A DNA stretch of 64,000 nucleotides from Lama guanicoe (taxonomy: Eukaryota). The notes beneath the pieces are model-generated. The model was not told the origin of the DNA. It ran no database searches and worked only from the letters and a program-made list of their open reading frames with translations. Location: NCBI GenBank assembly GCA_013239625.1, contig MU054323.1, positions 18,556,819 to 18,620,818 of the forward strand, read 5' to 3'. A program made the translations under genes and the position numbers. Each line of letters starts with the position of its first letter. Within the stretch, counting starts at the first letter, position 1. Positions 37,620 to 51,446 of the stretch are shown here, in pieces.

Positions 37620-38170
37620 GAGGGCAATCTGGTAAACGTTTTATTTTTATGGTGCATACCTTTAGAGTAATTCTACTTCAAGTAACTCATCCTAAGAAAA
37701 TAACTAAAGTATGTACAAATATAAATGCATAGAAATTAAAGACAGCATTGTTTATAGTAGCAAAAAATTATTGCAAACATTCTAAATATCTAACAAGAGG
37801 CTGTCTAACACATGATGGTCACCATGGGCAGCCATTAAAAATGGACTTACAGCTCTATGTTGACAAGAACAAAATGATCTATAAATCAATGTAGTATATA
37901 GGTTTTTATTGACATGAACACATAGTGTGTTAAAAGCAGGTTGTGAAATATTATATATAGTTGGATGCTTTATTTTTAAAAAGAATATTTTATATGACTC
38001 AAGACAGATATATTGATAGATACACAGAAAAATTCTGAAAGCCTATCCTTCCAAATGTTACTTCTAGTTTATTGATTTCTGAATGGTAGCATTTAAGTAA
38101 TTTTCTCTTTCTATTTTACTGACTTTCATTAATACATGAATTTGTCTCACAATTAACTATAAAAATAAAA
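37620..38170 (+). mobile_element. Old, degenerate L1 (L1ME-like) 3' region
   Basis: agggcaatctgg...aattctacttc...gcattgtttatagtagcaaaaa...gcagccattaaaaat. Confidence 0.55.
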
Positions 38171-38233
38171 TTGAAATTTTATTTATTTTTATGAATAAAA
38201 AGAATTTTAAATCAACAATAATAACATTTCTCT

Positions 38234-38502
38234 AAATTGGGGTAAGTTGGGAGTTTGGGATTGGCAGGTACTAACCACTGTATATAAAATAAATAAACAG
38301 CAAGGTCCTACTGTACAGCACAAGGACCTATATTCAATATCTTGCAATAGCCTATAATCAAAGACAATACTAAAAGGAATGTGTATGTGTATATATAACT
38401 GAATCACTATGCTGTACACCAGAAATTAACACAACGTTGTAAACCAACTGTACATCAATAAAAATGAATACTTCAAAAAATAAACAAAACAAAAAAAGAA
38501 CA
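38234..38502 (+). mobile_element. 5'-truncated L1 3' end
   Basis: Same family text as 5024-5328 (gggagtttgggattggcagg...aaggtcctactgtacagcac...caataaaaa) with an A-rich tail and flanking repeat aacatttct. Confidence 0.85.
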
Positions 38503-39462
38503 AAAGAACATTTCTTTCATTGCAAAATCCCAATAAATCAATTTTCAATTTAGACATAAAGAAGATTCCCATTCGTTGTCATTTAAGCCTAACCCGTGCC
38601 ACTGATTCTTCTACCCTTAAATCTCATGGTGAGATTACAAACCGGTAAGTGGTTTTTACATATGATGATTTCTACAAGCCAACTTTAAAAATTTTATGTC
38701 TAGATTTGATGCTTCTTATCACCTGTGAAACTGCTGATTTTATACTGAACCACACTGCTGGAAGCTTTGCACTGACGGTTTGGTTTCTCCAACAGAAACC
38801 TTTGCTACTGCTAATGTTCTGTGGCACATGGAGACTCTATTAAATAGACTCATACGAGGCTATTTAATCTTTCGGACCACTCTCCACTAGCGATAGCATT
38901 GATAACCTCATGTTACAGATGAGGGAAAAGCTTGTGTTCACACCACTAATAAACTACGCTGGGACTGGGACCCAGGAATTCTCTAAAGTCCACTCATTGC
39001 CTGCTTGACCACAGCATCCCCATCGCAGTCTCACCCACTTCACTTCTACATTGCAAGTCTTATCCGACAAGTCCCAACCACACAGAGAATATTCTTCTTC
39101 ATTCTCTGCCACAACATTTCTGGAATAGATTGCCTTATCTGTCAATGTCTTGACTCTCGTGTCATTGGCACACTTTCAGCTCCTGTGAAACAGGGACATA
39201 CTACTTCCTCCATCCCTTAATGTATGGAGATGGTTATAAATTGTGAGCCAAGCACACTGAATTGCTACTGCTGCCTAAAAATAATATTTCTCCCTCAGTC
39301 ATATAAAGGGAGCCAACCCTTCATTAAAATAAGTTACTGACCTCAGGCATTTGTCTGGAAATACCCTATTTATGTACCCCAAGGCAATAAAATTGACAGG
39401 AAATCTGAAAGGACTAGTGCAGTTGCAATGAGTTGGAAAAGGTGGGGGTTTTTTTCTCTCAC

Positions 39463-39597
39463 TTTTTTGAAAGGGAATGGGGAAGTAATTAGAGGGTTTT
39501 TTTTAATTAATTTATTTTTTAATGGAGGTCCTGGGGATTGAACCCAGTACCTCGTGCATGCTAAACACATGCTCTACCACTGAGCTAGAACCTCCCT
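39463..39597 (-). mobile_element. Vic-1-like SINE
   Basis: aatggaggtcctggggattgaacccagtacctcgtgcatgctaaacacatgctctaccactgagcta. Confidence 0.9.
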
Positions 39598-39675
39598 CGA
39601 AACAGGTTTTTTTTTTAATTACAAGTAGTGACATTTTATTTTTAAGTGTTTTGGCCAAATAAGGTAAGATTCATT

Positions 39676-39760
39676 AAAAAAAAAATGGAGGTAGTGGAGA
39701 GTGAACCAGGACCTTGTGCATGCTAAGTATGCACTCTACCATTGGGCTATACCCACCCCA
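39676..39760 (-). mobile_element. Short-tailed Vic-1-like SINE
   Basis: atggaggtagtggagagtgaaccaggaccttgtgcatgctaagtatgcactctaccattgggctatacc, with TSD aagattcatt on both sides. Confidence 0.85.
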
Positions 39761-41149
39761 CAAGATTCATTTTTTAATCAAAACTCTTCAGGACTTTAAT
39801 ATACATGTTTCTATATCATGCTGGCAAATCTTTTTAAAAAATGAAGAAATTTAAAATGTTTATCCAGCTATGATGCACCATCCAATAGATGAAAAGGGCA
39901 GAGCATCAAGTCTATAAGATAGAGCACTCTTCTGGCTTGGGAAAGAAACGGACTGAGCTTGTGAACAAACTTGGCCTATGTCTAAACCAGGGGGATTATA
40001 AACACAGGCATGCAAGCAAAGGAATCAAAGTGGTATAAAAAGCCAAGTGCTGTCAATGGTGATGTTCTGACTTCTATATCATAAAGACATGTCCATGTTA
40101 TATGACAACCTTGCAGTAAACTTATACTAACCTGTTGTTGACAAAAAAAAACCAAACATAAGACATCAAAGTGGAAGGTCTGGATTGAAGCCTGACGACA
40201 TGTACCACCCCAAATAATCTTTAATCTCTGTGATCTTTATAAAATTATTCCTTTTACAAAATAGAAGTAAAGCCTTCCATCCCACTTACCCCACGGAGTT
40301 GGTGGGATTGCGTGAAAACACACGTGAGAAAGTATCTGATGAAACAGAAAGCATGATATTAATTTAAAGTTGAGTTTTTAGAATTATTTGCCAATTACAC
40401 ACTCTTAACAGTTTTGTCCCAATACTCTTCTTAGCTGTTTCAAAGATTCCAACAAATGTTTTTTGAGTCCCTACTATGTACCAGTTCTGTTCTAAGTGCT
40501 GCCAGAATAGCAGTAAACACAATGAAACATCCTGTCTGTCTGGAGTTCATATATCCAATCAGTGGTGACTAAAATTGTAGACTACTAGATTTGTGAATGA
40601 TGCTGACTCATCCAACTCAACAAATGTTTCTAAGCAACTGCTATGTGTCAAGCACAATGATGGAATAAAATAATCACATTACCTGTTGCTGGGGAATTTA
40701 TGGCCTAGAAGACAGCATGGAACGTGCCAAGTTTCAGGTAAGCTTAATACAGCAGAATAAGCTAAAAAGAATGCGTCTGGGAGACATGCAACTGAGAGCT
40801 GGGAGTCAGGGAGGCATTCTGAAAGAAGTATCACTCACGCCAGAAGACAGAATACAGAATGGGGGTGGGTGGTAATTTTCCCATTCTAGTCTGCATTTTG
40901 GAGTATAGTGGTTTGGGCTGAGTATATCCAAGGGACAGACATGGACAATCTAGGAAATCATAGCACAAGGCAAATGATGAAAGTACTGAAGACATTTAGC
41001 CCAGTATATTGAAGACTTAAACATGATAAATATCTAAGTATAAATATGTTAAATTTACTTGGCATCATTCCAGGTGGCAAATTTCAATCAATGGCCAAGT
41101 ATAAATCTTCCCCAAATCCCCACCACCACCTCTTTTATTTCTTCTGTGA

Positions 41150-41410
41150 ACATCCTTCCCTCACTATTTAACTAACACGCCCTTACCTCCAGTCTGACAT
41201 CCCTTATTTCTCTTCCTTGCTTTATTTTTCTCCACAGGACAAAATGCCTTTTGACACATGTATTTTTTTAACTTACTTATCATTTATTAATCTGCCTTGT
41301 CTCAAAATAATGTCATGTGAAGGCAGGGATTTTATATGTTTTGCTCATTGCTCTATTTCATGTTCCTAGAAGAATGTCTGGACCACCAATATTTGTTGCA
41401 TAAATGAAGG
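41150..41410 (+). mobile_element. L2 3' fragment
   Basis: tgtgaaggcagggattttatatgttttgctcattgctctatt...cctagaagaatgtctgg...aatatttgttgcataaatgaa. Confidence 0.65.
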
Positions 41411-42865
41411 AGGATTGTTCAGAACATGAAATGGGCTGCCTCACCATGCAGTTTATTTCTCTTTTAGACAACTGAAGAGTAATGGATTTGTTTCCTAGAG
41501 TGTTAATGCAATGGATAAAGAATAGAATTACATGGACCTATGATTTTTTTTTCCTGATAGAAAGATATAGACTTTTCCTTTTATACATCCATTGGCGGGG
41601 AACTCATTACCTCAAACAAGATGGGTAGACGACTCTAATCTTTTGTATTATCTTCTAACATTGGACCAAGTTCTGCCACCCTGAAAGCTCTATTCAGTGC
41701 TCCTAATTCTAATTCGAATGGATATTCAGTATAGATGTAGACGTAAACTAATTTAGGATTGAAAACACACCAAAATAGAACCTTCACAGATTAGAGTCAT
41801 AGTGCTAATGTAAAAATGATTTACATCATCTAGGACTTTCCATTTAAGGCTACTCTCACTGCTATCCTTCCTGTAGTGCAAATGATGAGGCTGGCTCTCT
41901 CAGTAGACTGTCACCCTCCAAGGCTGGTTTTCATGGAGTCCCATCATCCTTCATCAGGACAGTTGTCCTCTAGCCCTATGATTTTAAATATGGCATCTGG
42001 GCTTGGAAAGCCATGTTGTCAGCAGATGATCTATCGGGACCAACAGGATGTCTTTTCTAATTACTGATATGGTTCAGTCTCTGTTTTCTTCTTTGGGGCA
42101 CATGTTTAATGTGCACAATACAGCCTTATCCCGTGCTTACTGGCTAAAGCACCAGGAGGGGACATTTACTTTTGGACGAAAACACGTAAGATCTCTCAAA
42201 AAAGTATACTGTCTCAATAGTAAGATTAAATTTATCCCTCTATTTTTAATGACTTTGAAATCCCAGTACTTCCTAAGGGTTTAACATCAGCTTCCTTTTT
42301 TTTCCCTCTACAGTCTGTGCTGATATTTTGTGATTATTCTCAGTAATGATGATAATGGTAGCAAACATTTCTATATTACCTACAATAGTAGCTAACTTTT
42401 ATTAAATGTGCCTAGCACTGTTCTGGATACTTTACAAAGTTGAACTTACTTAAGCTTCTTACCAGCCCTTTGGTTTAGGTAATATTATCCACACTTTAAA
42501 GAAACTGAAGCATGGAAGGGTTGAGTAAATTTAGGTTGTTTGATTTGAGAATCTGAGCTCAGGCCACAATGCTAGACCTTAAAACTTTCCATGGGTTGCC
42601 ATTTGGATTCATGTTTGCAAAGCTTTAGTTATCTGCATGTGCAAATAAGCTGAAACAATTGTGAGTCTATATTAAAAGGCTTTGTGGAATAAAGGAAGAC
42701 ATAATGGATGCAAAAAAAAATCATGATTTTCTTGGTTTCCTGAGAAATATATTTAACCAAAGTGATCAAGGTTAAAATATAGTTTACTGTGTCCTCATTG
42801 TCTCAAATTCAATTTATAAAATATTTATTTGGGAACCTAGTTGTTGATGGTTTCATGTCTTAGAA

Positions 42866-43375
42866 CAGCAGTTTTCCAATTCTGTGGACCCCATTATATT
42901 CTTAAAAATTAGTGAGGATCTAGAAGAGCTTTTGTGGGTTCTATCTGTAGATATATATATTGTATAGAAATTCAAATTAAGAATTTATTAAATATTCAGT
43001 TATTAACTCAGTGAAAATAACAATAATAATATAGCCATTACATATTAACATAAGTGATATTTTTACAAAATAACATTTTCCAAAGCAAAAATGTTTAGCA
43101 AGAAGAATGCCCTTGTTTTCCCTATTTGTAAGTATTTCTCTTGTTTGGCTTCAGAGCAGACAGCTGGATTTTCATATCTGCTTTTCCATTTAGTCTGTTG
43201 CAATATCACATACCACACAGCCTCTAGAAAACTCCAGTGTCTACTTGTGAAAAAATAAGACTGAAAAGGCAAATGCCATCTTCATATAATTATGAAAATA
43301 GCACTGACTTTTTGGACCCCCTGAAATAGTCCCTGAGAAGCTTAGGGGGTCCCTAGATCACTTTGAGAACTGCTG
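42866..43375. mobile_element. hAT-Charlie-type non-autonomous DNA transposon with intact ends
   Basis: Terminal inverted repeats cagcagttttccaa / ttgagaactgctg and a perfect 8-bp TSD tcttagaa (42858-42865 and 43376-43383), diagnostic of hAT elements. Confidence 0.85.
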
Positions 43376-44009
43376 TCTTAGAATGGTTGACTAGAAGAAA
43401 ACCAAAATAAACCTGGGGGCTTCCTTGAGATGATTACATAAGCCATAGTTTCTCCTAAAAGTTCTATTTCCTCCCAGAATGTAACATTCTATGATGCTTC
43501 AGAATTTTTATGGGGTTTGGGGGCAATTCCCCAGTCTAAGTCACTTTCTTTTTTTTAAAGTAATTTTCTATTCAAAATATAATTAATAATTTTAACATAT
43601 TCCCAGACTTGTTTTTTTATCTAAGAGCCTTTGTTTTGTTTCAAAAGCATGGAAATAAATAAGTAATGAGAAATTAACAGCATTGTTTACAAGTCAGTTA
43701 AAGCCTTTGGAGGTTAGTTGTGGAACATTCTGATTTTCTTATGTAAGCGTAATGTTCTCCTTCAGGAACCCTGACTTTTCCCTATTTGCATATTTCTCGT
43801 ATCACCCAATTTGCAACAATCTATCCTCACTCATCTTCTTCAAACCCTATAAAGGCTCTGAACCTGAGGCCAAAATTAGAGTACTGTCACAGTGTCCCAG
43901 GGCCACCAGGCACTGTCATCCAAACCCCTTTGCCTGACTGTGTTTACAAAGAGGCTGGATTCTTGATGGCTGCTGGAGCCAAGTCACTCCTTTAGGGATA
44001 AAGAAATAA

Positions 44010-45095
44010 AGTCTTACCCTTATGAAGCTTGCCTTCAGCTGGGGAAGACTGAAAGTCAACAAAGATAATAATCTAATGTTAGGTAATAATAAGGCCTAGA
44101 AAACTGTTAAGCAAGGTACGGGCCAGAAAATGGTAAAGAAGGAGGTTAGGTAAAGTGGTCCAGGAGCGGCCCCCTCCGCAGATAAAAGCTGCTCAGAGAT
44201 GGGAATCAAGTGAGAGAGAAGTCTCTTTCTAGGGCAAAAGCTGTCCTGGCAGAGGTCAGAGAAAATGCAAATTCCCCGAGGTCAGAAGAAACTTGGCTTA
44301 TGTGAGAAGACAGCAGGAGCCAGTGTGTCTTGGAGCCAAATGAACAAGTGGTAGAGATACAGGAAATGAAATGAAGACCATGAGAGGTTTTTACAATTTA
44401 TTTGAAGAGTACAGGGGAGCTCCTGGAAGGTTTTGAGCAGAAGACTGTCATGTTTAAAGAGGATCGCTCTGAGTATATGGAAGAGAATCGCTCTTGATGG
44501 AAGCAGGGAGACCAGTGGGGAGAGAGCTGCCGGTGGCTTTCAGTTGGATGTTAGCCGTGGGAGGAGAGTGGTCCGGCTTGGGAACTATTTGGATGGTAGA
44601 GACAACAGGATTAGGGGATGGATCAAAAGTGAGATGTATGAAAAAGGAAGAAAACAAGGGTGAGCACTTCTTCTTTACTGAGCAACTGGGTGAACACAGT
44701 TGCTGTTTACTAAGATAGGGAATCTGGGGAATAGAAATAAAAAGTGTTGCCTGGAATGTATTATGTTTGAGATGCCTGGTAGATATCCGAGTAGGGATGT
44801 TGACTTCTCAGTTGAATATATGTGCCTGGAACTCAGGACTCAAAAATTTGAGCATTAACGGCATCTGTATGGTCATTAAATCTGTGGTACTGTGTGGAAT
44901 CAAATAAGGAGTGACAGCAGAAAGACAAGGAGATGGGAGGAGTGTCTGAGGACTGAGCCCAGAACACTCCTACGTTAAAAGATTGAGAAAAAGAGGAAGA
45001 CTAGAGAAGGAAACTGTAACAAATGGCCATTGATGTAGGAGGACAACAAGGAGAATGTGATGTCCTGGGAGCCAAAGGACACAAAAATTTAGAAA
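44010..45095 (-). mobile_element. Long L2 fragment
   Basis: Purine-rich antisense L2 text (ttttgagcagaag...ggatcgctctg...ggaagcagggagaccagt...tttgagatgcctg...ctggaactcagga...gaggactgagccc). Confidence 0.75.
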
Positions 45096-48000
45096 AGCAG
45101 GCAGCAGACACCCTAGATGGCGGGTCCCTTGCCATTATAAAGCCACCTGAGTAGGTGCCTGGTCCCATCCACAATCCTTTCTGCACAATGGATTCTACAC
45201 CTCAGTCCTCCCCTTGCATTGTTCTGCCTTTAATTTTGGTCTTATCCACTTCCTAGACTGTCCCTACCCTGTGCCACAGCAGGCCGTAGATGTCACAGAC
45301 CAGGATCCTTGCCTCATATCTACTCAAAGCTCATCCCTCCATTAGCAGGACAATTCACAGACATTTGCTAATGAACAAGCACCATATTTATCAACTGGAA
45401 ACAAACTGGTTTGCTGTGTGCAATCCCCAAACCCACAACAAGATAACTGCCCAGTCGTTATTTTCTGGAACATTATAGTCACTGCCTATTGTTCATATTT
45501 ACGGGAAAAGAACTGATGTTCCTGACGCTGTCACTAAATTCCTATATGGTCCCCAAAGCTTTCTGAATCATTAAAGAAAAACAAATCTACACTGAGCATC
45601 TTTTCAGGTTAAGCAAAATACCTCATGTTCTAGTTCTTCTAGAATCAGAAACTAATGGATTGATGTGTGGTCATAGAGCTAAACTAACTAGAAGAATTGA
45701 TTGAATTAAAATGGCATTTTTTTTTTCTAAGCACAGCTAATGAAAGAGTTTGCTGGGAGCTGAATCAGCAGAAGGCACAGGGTGGGGCATTTCTGATCTG
45801 GGCTGTCCATTGCTAGGGCTTGTCAGTGCCAATAAAATAGCATGGAAGAGGCTTCAGATCAGAGTCTCTGCGGGGAAATTAAGTGCGGGGCGGGGTGGGT
45901 AATGTATGTTTCAAGGCAGGAGTTGTCAAGAGGGTCCATCGATAGCTGAAGCAAAGCAGACGTTGGGAAGAGGTCGCTCACCCCAGAAGCTACCACACAA
46001 CTTTCCAAGTTTAGGTGTGGAAGGAAGGAAAGCTCCTTACTGTCCCCAGACTTGACAATTCAATCGTTTCTTTAATAAAGTTCACCGGTTATCTCCTACA
46101 GACAAGGACTTCGACAAAGGACTTCGACAAAAGACTTCAACTTCTTTTCCAAACCTATGAATGAAAACCTCCAAAAAAGGGGGGGCACACTCATGGACAC
46201 TGGCCCATCTACTGTTAACTTCCATCCTGATGGCATGGCTGGTCAGGAACAGGAGAGTCTCTCATGGGAAAGGCACTTTCCTTTTCTCTCTGGGGAAGAA
46301 GGTAACTGGGACAGAGGATACGCAATGTTCTCCTGATTTTGGAGCATCCCGGAATTGAGATCACCCCCTTCAGCTTTTCTAATATAACCATCTTTCCATA
46401 CTTCACTCCTTGTTCACTTCTTTGCTAATAGCATCAAACCTGATGCTGACCGCATATTCAGTACACATTGAATTTTTGAAGGGGTGAGTTAATCAGTAAA
46501 TCGGTGAACAAAAGCTGTCAGACTGTTTTCTCTGATATTTTGGTCTGGAGAATGTAGTTATAATGAATCTCTGGGTGCATTTTAGCTACAGCAAACATAA
46601 TATTGGCAATGACAGTGTCATGCCTTATTTGTAACATTCAGTGTTCAAAAAACATATAATCTGACTCTTAGAAAATGGGAACAGAGAGCTCATTAAATAA
46701 ATACATGAGTTGCTTGGGGGCAAAATCATCTTTTTTCATTTATTTCGTTATTTATTTTTAGTTTTTTAGTTTATTTTTGTAGGCTGAACTACAACGGACT
46801 CTGAAGAAAATGTAAGGTTTCTGTTATCTTAAAAGACAGGTGACCTTATGATACAGTCTGAGATGGAGAGCTGAAGTGTGGTAGCTCCCTGTCTAGAACC
46901 CTCTGAATACATACAAGTAAATCAGTTCAGTCCTCTCTGCTTCAGGTTATTTCTCTGTAAAATGATCCACCTACTCCTCTCCTCCGGCCCCCTCCCTAGT
47001 TCTTTGTCCCACCTTATTAAAAAGAGGACAATCTCTTGCCACTTAAACAACATTAGAGAAATGATCCTTCAGCTTCTTAGGCACCACCCAAATGCAAAAG
47101 ACTCCTGACCTTTTGCTGAAGGAAGAAAAGGGGTCAGTTGGCTTGGAAAGGTTTCCTTCCTCTGGCTGAAGATGAACTTAACTGCATTTTTCTCTGCTCT
47201 ATACATTTAAGCCACATGAGTAATTTGCTCTTGAGTTGCACTGCTGAATTTCAATAAAGTTCTATGTGTTTGTGTGTGTGTGTGTGTGTGAGGAAATTTG
47301 GTCCATATGGGAACTCTATGGAAAGACATTGGTTAACAAAGTTTCAAGGGGCCCCAGAAAATGCTTAGTAAATGTCCCTATCTGACTTAGAGTAGCTTGA
47401 CATGGCATAACGCGTTTCCAGAATAGTTAGTTGTGACTCAGAACTTCTCAGGAGCTGTTTGGACAGCAGTTCAGGGTAAGACCAGATGGCCACAATGTAT
47501 TAAGAGCGTCTCAGAAAAAGATGTTATATTAATACACGGCATTGTTGTTATTCCAGTCTGCCTCCTTCAGCCATGGATTTTAGCATCCAGTTGTGAAAAT
47601 CTGGTGATACTGTTTCTGGAAAGTTGTTTTATGCTTTTTTTTTCCTGTTTATTAATTTTGTTTGAATAGGAAGGACTTTCTTTATTCTGCCTTTTCATAT
47701 TCAGCTATACTTTGGTTGGAGGTGATAGACTTTCCCTCTCTTAGTTTTTTTAATCTTTACATGCACACATATAGACAAACTCTCTCTCTTTCACACACAC
47801 ACACACACACAATTACCATTTTGCTGGCAAACAAAACAAGCCACCAGTTTAAGGCAGTTCTGCCTGTCCTGAGGAGGACAGTTGTTATTTGAGCCACAAT
47901 CATCGGAGTACTGGGCTGAACCAAGTGTCTTTTACGCCCTGTTTACATACTGCTAAAGCTGACTAAACTCAGCGTGACCTTTACAGAGGGGAAACCATCC

Positions 48001-49061
48001 TGACAAATTTTGCAATAGCCAGTCATCTTTGTATCTGCAAATCCAAACATTTTTTAAAAAAGAAATATTATTTAAAGCAACACAAGTTAATCAAATGCCC
48101 TGTTCATTTAAAAGTCTATGATTTTGTTTGGTAAAAAGCTTAAGTAGTTTGTACTTTTCCGTGACAAACTCTCCTGTCAATTTAGTGTGCCCTTCTCTCT
48201 CTCCCTCTCTCCTAAGGGGGAAAAAAAGAGTCTCTGATGGGTTTCGAAGGATTTCTGGGACTCAGGGGTAGCAGGATTGCAATATGATTTCTATACTTGG
48301 ATGGATTTTCTAAAAGGAAACTGACATGAGTTTCACTAGATATTGCATTTCATTATCGACCAACTAATTTTAAATCTCAAGAAAACTTTGTCTTCATTAA
48401 TTCAGACCAGTAATTCAGAATGTGCAAACATTTAGACATGTTATTGTTGAATAAACATTTAAAATATATTTGACTGATTTTTAGGCTCCTTTCGGTAGAA
48501 ATTCAATTCTAAATCAGCATCTTTTAAAAATAAATGTTCAAGAGCTGCCATAATTTGTATTTTTGTATACAATTTTAACTTATAAATTTAAAATTACTTT
48601 TCCTGCCTTATCATGTTATGTTTACAGCATATGATCACAATGAATACACTGTCCCACTGGGACCCAAAACCCTAATTCTTGAAATGCTGTTTATCTTCTG
48701 ATCATGAATTTTCTCAGGCTTAACGAAATTCAAAATGTTCTTTAAACTCATAAACATCTTTCTCTTGGTCACTTGGCTGAATATTACTTTTTCCTCAGCA
48801 TAGTATGACCCAGAGATAACAGTGAAAACTACGTCTTACATTCTGCAGATGAGGAAACACAGACATTTCTCATCTCAGAAAGAGAAAATTCTAAATTTAG
48901 GGGTGAGAGGTTGGGTTTTCATGCTCCTATCCCTTATAAACTGGTTTTATTTGTACTGGGGTAAAAGTCACTGCTAAAACATTAACAGAAGTGAGTATTT
49001 CCATCTCGGTTTTGATCACAAGGTGATTAGACATCCTAACAACCCTGGTTCTGTGATTTTA

Positions 49062-49228
49062 TTTTTTTAATTTCATTTTAATTTGTTTTAAACTTTTTAT
49101 GTATTGTTGAGGGGGAGGTAATTAGGTTTATTTGTTCATTTATTTCTTCTTAATGGTGGTGCTGGGGACTGAATCGAGGACCTTGCGCTTGCTAAGCATG
49201 CGCTCTACCACTGCGCTATACCCTCCCC
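49062..49228 (-). mobile_element. Vic-1-like SINE
   Basis: ggggaggtaattaggtttatttg...tgctggggactgaatcgaggaccttgcgcttgctaagcatgcgctctaccactgcgctataccctcccc, with TSD ctgtgatttta. Confidence 0.9.
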
Positions 49229-50183
49229 ACCTCTGTGATTTTAAAAGTCATTAATATTGGGAGAGAAATACAAGCCTGTTGAACCTCCCTTCATTGTTCA
49301 TCTGCTCGTAGTGGTCCCATTTGTAGCTGCGCAGCTGCTAATCCTCAGCCCCCGCCCATGTGCCGGTAATCAGCGCACCGGGCGATTTCTTCCTGACGCC
49401 GCCATCTGTTGATGTAGCTATGAAAACTGACTGAGAGCCCGTGATAAGGTTTCCACAGAGACTCGATTTTACTGAGGAGTGGGGGGAAAAAACAGGACAA
49501 GGAAAGACTATAACATAAAACCAAAATACATTTATTGTTATTTTTTCAAATTAACGTCTGATTTTTTCCTCTGGTGCTAGAAAGGTCACAAATTTCTTCT
49601 ATAGAACTAAAGCCAAAACCTCATGAAACATGAAAGAGGAAGCCAAACATTACTCTCTTCCCCAAATGAACGACTTTTTGCCGCCAAAGGTTAGACTGCC
49701 CTAACCTTGCTCAGAATGAGGCTGAGTGTATCAGTTGAATCCTAACCAACAAGTCTTGTTAGGACAACAGGGGCTCAGGGACATCAATACTGAAGCGCTG
49801 GTGCCCTGCCCGCTCTAAAAGCACCTTTTCCCCAGTCCATAGCTTGTCCGGAATGAATGAGCCCAGTGATGTGCTCAAAGGTGAAGATCCTGACGCTGTG
49901 CAACATCTGTGACCAGCACCCACCATCTAACCTTACGCTTTGAAGGGATTTGTCTGTGTCCGTAACTGCAATGATGTTTAAACACAAATGCCTAAAACTG
50001 CAAAAGCTCACAACCATAACCTTTCAACTATAGCGACACTCTATAATGTGGGAGGGAGAGAGGAATGCATTTTTTGCCCTTATGATAAACTGCATCCAAA
50101 AAATAAATAAGTAAACCACCACAACAAAAAAACAAAATCGGGGCATTATTCCCAAAGTCATTTTCTAAAAGGAAGCAAATGTT

Positions 50184-50186
<3 letters not shown>

Positions 50187-50220
<34 letters not shown>
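50187..50220 (+). repeat. (GT)n microsatellite
   Basis: Uninterrupted GT run. Confidence 0.95.
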
Positions 50221-50224
<4 letters not shown>

Positions 50225-50439
50225 CTACGTGCACAGGCACTTAGTATTTTAAAGAACATAAGTTACCATGGGGAGGAATAAGGGATATAAAAAAGAGGGT
50301 GATTAATTGATTCTGTGGCATAGCATATCATATCTCTTCAAGGTTTAAGCTTCAAATGCCACCTCACACGCAAATAAAAGCCATGTTTATGTCTAAGCAC
50401 CACAGTGTTGGGGGGTTTGTCAAAACAGGCACTGAATTC

Positions 50440-50640
50440 ATCCACACCTGGAATCAAATCCCTGCCACATATTAGCTATGTGATTTGATCCAAGATTATT
50501 TCATCTGCTTGATCTTTAGTTTTCTTATTCATGAAATAGGAATGCCACCTCTTTTGCAGGATTGTCATAATAATTCAAGGAGATAACATTTGTAGAGCAT
50601 TTGTAGCAGTGTGTCTGGAAAAGAGTGACAGTTAATAACT
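50440..50640 (+). mobile_element. MIR SINE relic
   Basis: cctggaatcaaatccctgccac...tagctatgtgatttg...agttttcttattcatgaaatagga...ggattgt. Confidence 0.6.
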
Positions 50641-51329
50641 CTTAGACCCCTCTTGCCTGCCCCCCCAATAGCTTAATTTGAGCTAATGAAATCTCAGATT
50701 GCAGAGAATTATCATAAACTTTACTACTGGGCTCACAAGTAGAGGAGGTAACGGAATAATTTATTCTAGAAATAAATCCATGGAAAACAAAAGGTTCAGA
50801 AGTCTTAACCCTTTCAGACAAGTGTTTACATCCTGAGAAGTGGGCTTCCAGCTCTTCTGGTTTCCATTCCTTTCTCTCTCTCAAAATTCAGAGCATTCCT
50901 TGCCTGGGGCAAATCCTGCCCAAGGGGGCCAGGTTTCTGATTCTTCCACAGCTTTTTGGTTGGTGATTTTTAAATTAGGATTGTGTAGTTTAAAATTAGA
51001 ATTTCAGAGTTGGAAGAGCGATTCAAACTTTAACGGATGTTAGAATCACTTGAGAAGCTTAATCATAATGGAGTCACAGGGCTCTTCCCAAAAGAGTCTC
51101 TTTCTGAAGGTGCAGGCGCCAAGTTCCTGTATTTTTAAAACAATGCCCTGGGTGTCTGATTCTGCTGGCCTACACCCACGTGGAGCACCCTTGCCTGAGG
51201 GCTCTGTAACTCAAGTTTCCACCCAGTGCAGTGGCTCCCAATTCCGTGCAAACCTGCCAGGGGTGGCTTCTGGTTTTGTAGGGACTGAAGCTTACGCAGT
51301 TTGGGGGCAACTTTAAGAAAACAAACAAC

Positions 51330-51344
51330 ATAATGTCCCAGTCA

Positions 51345-51384
<40 letters not shown>

Positions 51385-51446
51385 CGGATTTTCATTACAG
51401 GTTGACACATTATAACTGACTATACGTCAATCAAAAAAAAAAAAAA
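51330..51446 (+). mobile_element. Very short L1-like 3' tail containing a (TG)n microsatellite
   Basis: gacacattataactgactatacgtcaatc followed by poly(A), with flanking repeat gaaaacaaacaa on both sides. Confidence 0.55.
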
